Below, one piece after another: positions 62,748 to 64,000 of a stretch of 64,000 nucleotides of DNA. Origin of the DNA: Squalus acanthias (taxonomy: Eukaryota); assembly GCA_030390025.1 (NCBI GenBank), contig CM059433.1, positions 45,136,001 through 45,200,000 of the forward strand, written 5' to 3'. The position numbers were made by a program, and so were the translations under genes. The notes under the pieces were generated by a model, which worked only from the letters and a program-made list of their open reading frames with translations, was not told the DNA's origin and ran no database searches. Numbering within the stretch: position 1 is the first letter of the stretch; every line of letters begins with the position of its first letter.

Positions 62748-63542
62748 CTGAAGGGGAGAAGAATACAAATTCATGATTTGAACAATTACATTTCTATTGT
62801 GTATTTCAGAATAGTTTGATGTAACCTTAATCTGTGTTTAATAAGGCACAGTTATCAACAAATAATTTTTAAACTGTTAATTTACCTTCTTTATAAATCA
62901 GAGCTTTCATAACCTTAGAATCATAGAATTATACAGCATAAAAGGAGGCCATTCGACCCATCATGCCTGTGCCGGCTCTTTGGTAGGCACTGGAGTGTCA
63001 GTCTAGATAATGGGTTCAAGTCTCTAGACTGGGGCAAGTGGGCTACCAACTGACGCAGACTGAAGGCAGCAGTTTCAAATACGCACAGTTGAGAAAACTG
63101 AACGCTACCGTTCAATAGTCTGCTTTAACATCAGAATCCAGTGAAGCAGAAAATGCAGCACATTCTTAGGATTAGACAGCTACCGAATTAATGTCAAAAT
63201 TGCAGGCCTTTAAGCCAAGTTGCTGCAGCAGAAGCTCTTTACAAAAAAAGTTTTGTTTGCCAGAATAAAAGGTCAGAGATGCTCAAACACCTGCTGATAC
63301 ACTGGCAGTCTGGTTAAAGTGCAACTTTTCCCCCAGTTCAAGGGTCACTCATGAATATTCAGCCGGCAAGTTCCCAATGGTCACATTCTGCCAAGTCAAA
63401 ACAAGACTTCATTACAAAACGGACTCCTCTGCTGCACCAGATTTCCATCCAAACTGGCGGACTGCACATGTAAAACAGAGCAGAACAATCTGCCAGGCAC
63501 GGCATTCCTAGCCTCAGTGCTATAGAGGCATGGGCTACTCAC

Positions 63543-63622
63543 CTAAGGACAGCATCATCCAGCTCCTGTGGCCTATTTGTTGCTCCCATTACTAAAACTC
63601 TATCATCCCCACTGGACTGTAC
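63543..63622 (-). CDS. SPAST: spastin-like AAA ATPase exon (6th from last)
   Basis: ttttag/gtgagt; 80 nt; VQSSGDDRVLVMGATNRPQELDDAVL-R (AAA second region of homology). Confidence 0.93.
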
Positions 63623-64000
63623 CTAAAAACAAAAAGGAGGAGAGCTCGTCAATGCATCTCATGTCAAATATACCCAAACTGTTTTTTAAAGGCACATTAA
63701 TGTTCATGGCGACATTACATGCAATACTGGAATATAGTTGGAATTTGCATTATCTTAGGTCATTCCTTCATGTTTTGTTACTAGCTCCCAGCAGCAAACG
63801 GTTTTCTGCCCATTTTAAGTGTTAAAAAGAGGATTTTTTCAAATTTCCATTTTTAACTGCTCAATGACACCGTGAAAAGTTGAATAGAATGTTGGGAGTT
63901 CAAAGTCATTTAACTCCACACAGCACACAAGCTATTTGGGAATGTGGATTAGACCCAGTAGCCAGGACTCGAAGTGGCTAACAAAACTGCATACCATTTC

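Overview
Eukaryotic (vertebrate) genomic DNA. The repeat content (CR1 and L2 LINEs, tRNA-derived and Deu-domain SINEs, Penelope elements) is what I would expect of a cartilaginous fish (shark); that assignment is inference. Three host genes are recognisable from spliced exons. (1) The last five coding exons of GNPAT on + (1861-13666), ending in the peroxisomal PTS1 tripeptide ARL. (2) The terminal exon of SPRTN on - (22826-23626; SHP box and UBZ4 finger); it carries a 1-nt frameshift, and I could not find its upstream protease exons. (3) The last six exons of a spastin (SPAST)-like AAA ATPase on - (56700-63622). Most long ORFs in the supplied track are retroelement fragments or low-complexity artefacts. 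Notable non-genic items: a full-length TSD-flanked CR1 in the last GNPAT intron; three minimal hammerhead-ribozyme motifs in Penelope sequences; a 1.18-kb solo LTR with a 4-bp TSD; Tigger-, Harbinger- and hAT-type MITEs; three minisatellites; long C-rich tracts; two assembly gaps. I found no CRISPR array, rRNA or bona fide tRNA gene, and no convincing wholly new system. The best leads are the broken/orphan SPRTN exon, the divergent spastin copy and the ribozyme motifs.
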